This document shows positions 62,436-64,000 of a DNA stretch of 64,000 bases, piece after piece. Numbering within the stretch: the stretch's first letter is position 1; each line of letters starts with the position of its first letter. The stretch is from Candidatus Heimdallarchaeota archaeon (GTDB lineage Archaea > Asgardarchaeota > Heimdallarchaeia > JABLTI01), in NCBI GenBank assembly GCA_019058275.1, contig JAHLVW010000053.1, positions 33,361-97,360 of the forward strand. Direction: 5' to 3'. The notes under the pieces are model-generated. The model made no database searches, was not told the DNA's origin, and was given only the letters and a program-made list of their open reading frames with translations. The translations under genes and the position numbers were made by a program.

Positions 62436-63675
62436 TTATCTTTCAGATAATTTGGTAATCAAAATTCCAATTGTAAAGATTACAATACCAAAAGCAAAGA
62501 TTATTCCAATATTAAACCAAGCAACACTTGTGTTTATTGTTATCATTGAAGCTCGATATGCATCTACAATATATGTCAGAGGTAGCATTTTAGAGACTAT
62601 ATTTATTACCGGAATATGAGCTACCTCAAAGAAAGCACCACTTAGAAACATCATTGGAAATGTTAGGAAGTTTCCAGCAGCAGTAGCGGAATCTGGGTTT
62701 TTAATCAATCTTGAACCGATCATACCAAGACCTGTGAAATTTAATACTGCTGAAATAGTAATTGGAATAATCTTCCAATCCAAGACATCTATAATCCACA
62801 TGAAATTTCTATCACCGATCTTAAATACTAACCAACCTACAAGCAAGATGGCAACTATCGAAATTAATCCTTGAAGGAAAGTCCATGAAGCCTCACCAAA
62901 AACTACTTCTCCTTTCTTCATAGGTGAGGAAGATAATTTTCTAAATAATCCCTTTTTGTCAAAATAGGTATAACGATTGATTGTCCCAATAACACCATTA
63001 TTCATTATTGCTACTCCTATAATACCTGGAATAAGAAATTCGAAATATCGATATCCTCTTCTAGGAAAATATTCGTTGATTCCATACCTATTTGTGTGTC
63101 ATTGTAACCTGCTACTCCAAGATTAAAGCTGTAAATAACATTATCTAGTATCTTTAATGCAATGTTTGCTTGTTGAGAATTTTCATCTATAATCACAGCT
63201 AGGTTAATAGGAGAATTAAACAATAATTTTTGAGTGAAATTTTCGGGTATAACAATAGCAATATACCCTTCAACTTCCTCTAAATACTGACCAGCATCAA
63301 TAGGGTTGTTTTGCTCATCTTTTAATGATATGTTATTAATATCAAAAATTGATGTACTATCATTTCTTTCCATTTCTTCTAATATAGTGATAAAATCATC
63401 TGTGAAGTTCAAATACTGTGTTGGTGCTATTTCATACCCTTCATCAACTCCACTTTGTAGATATAAGGATCAGATGACAAATTTTCATTGCTGAAAATTG
63501 CACCAAATAGCAGGATTAGGATGATAGGATATGCTATTGTAAAGAAGATTGTTAAAGGTGATCTACTGAAGTCCTTAAGTGCTACATTGATATAGGCACA
63601 TACACGTTTGAAAATGAGACCAAATTCAACAGCGAAAGTGTTTTGCTTCTTTGGTTTATCGTTAGTTTCAACCAT
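62436..63675 (-). pseudogene. ABC-2 type exporter permease, two frameshifts
   Basis: FFTIAYPIILILLFG, then (reframed) YFEFLIPGIIGVAIMNNG, PMMFLSGAFF, PLTY; shifts near 63465 and 63048. Confidence 0.85.
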
Positions 63676-63688
63676 AGTTATACCTCCT

Positions 63689-64000
63689 TCATTCTTTCCT
63701 CCAAACAGTGATTATTGATCCAATTATGAAGAAAACAATACCCATTGCAATAGTTACACCAAATGGAACCCAGACATTACTAAAGGTAGATTCAAGCATA
63801 ACTGATCTCATTGCTTCACTAATATAAAGTGGGAAAAATTTAGCAATTAATTGCATATATTCTGGCAAAGTTTCAGGAGGAAATAGTGCTCCTGCTAAAA
63901 ACATCTGTGGAAAGACAAAAGACATGGTAGCTGCCATAGCTGCTTCAGGACGTTTTACAAATCGTGCTATAATTAAACCCAATCCACCAAATGTCATTGA
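63689..64000 (-). CDS. ABC-2 type exporter permease, 5' truncated by window edge
   Basis: FPQMFLAGALFP, AKFFPLY. Confidence 0.85.
   Translation of the reverse strand, partial: SMTFGGLGLIIARFVKRPEAAMAATMSFVFPQMFLAGALFPPETLPEYMQLIAKFFPLYISEAMRSVMLESTFSNVWVPFGVTIAMGIVFFIIGSIITVWRKE

Noticed and set aside
391-63494. Many short antisense or overlapping ORFs from the six-frame track (e.g. 391-786, 22499-22837, 31422-31754, 42239-42595)
   Set aside because: Shadows of well-supported genes on the other strand or frame, with no motifs
1-64000. tRNA/rRNA genes
   Set aside because: No GC-rich cloverleaf or rRNA-like stretch visible; a covariance search would be needed to exclude small RNAs

Overview
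AT-rich, gene-dense archaeal chromosomal segment of about 62 genes. It is most likely Asgard/Heimdallarchaeia-like. This is inferred from DUF61, GGTGA/GGAGA ribosome-binding sites, TATA-like promoters, stand-alone LRR/TPR proteins and C-terminally anchored solute-binding proteins. I saw no rRNA, tRNA, CRISPR, integrase or transposase. Contents in order: NitT/TauT ABC importer and HTH regulator; glycosylation cluster (GT2, GT4, wecB, ATP-grasp, deacetylase); a tandemly duplicated DUF2229 + dehydratase-like + activase module next to an lpd-like gene; catabolic enzymes; two orphan methyltransferases; two PPC-domain membrane proteins; two family-5 solute-binding proteins; four aldo/keto reductases with a divergent wHTH regulator; GlcD/GlcF-like pair; guanidino-compound enzymes; xth; feoB locus; Mre11-like nuclease; PadR + HAAS membrane protein; ABC-2 permeases. 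Most notable: (1) about 1 gene in 6 is broken, and many intact genes carry C>T/G>A (some G>T) changes at conserved residues; (2) the duplicated module has the parts of the anaerobic plasmalogen/ether-lipid enzymes PlsA-PlsR/Ger in split form; (3) both peptide-binding proteins look circularly permuted; (4) an unannotated string of tightly packed mini-ORFs with its own promoter and terminator lies between PadR/HAAS and the ABC exporter; (5) two surface proteins share Tyr-based cytoplasmic tail motifs. All family assignments come from motif recognition by eye, not database searches.
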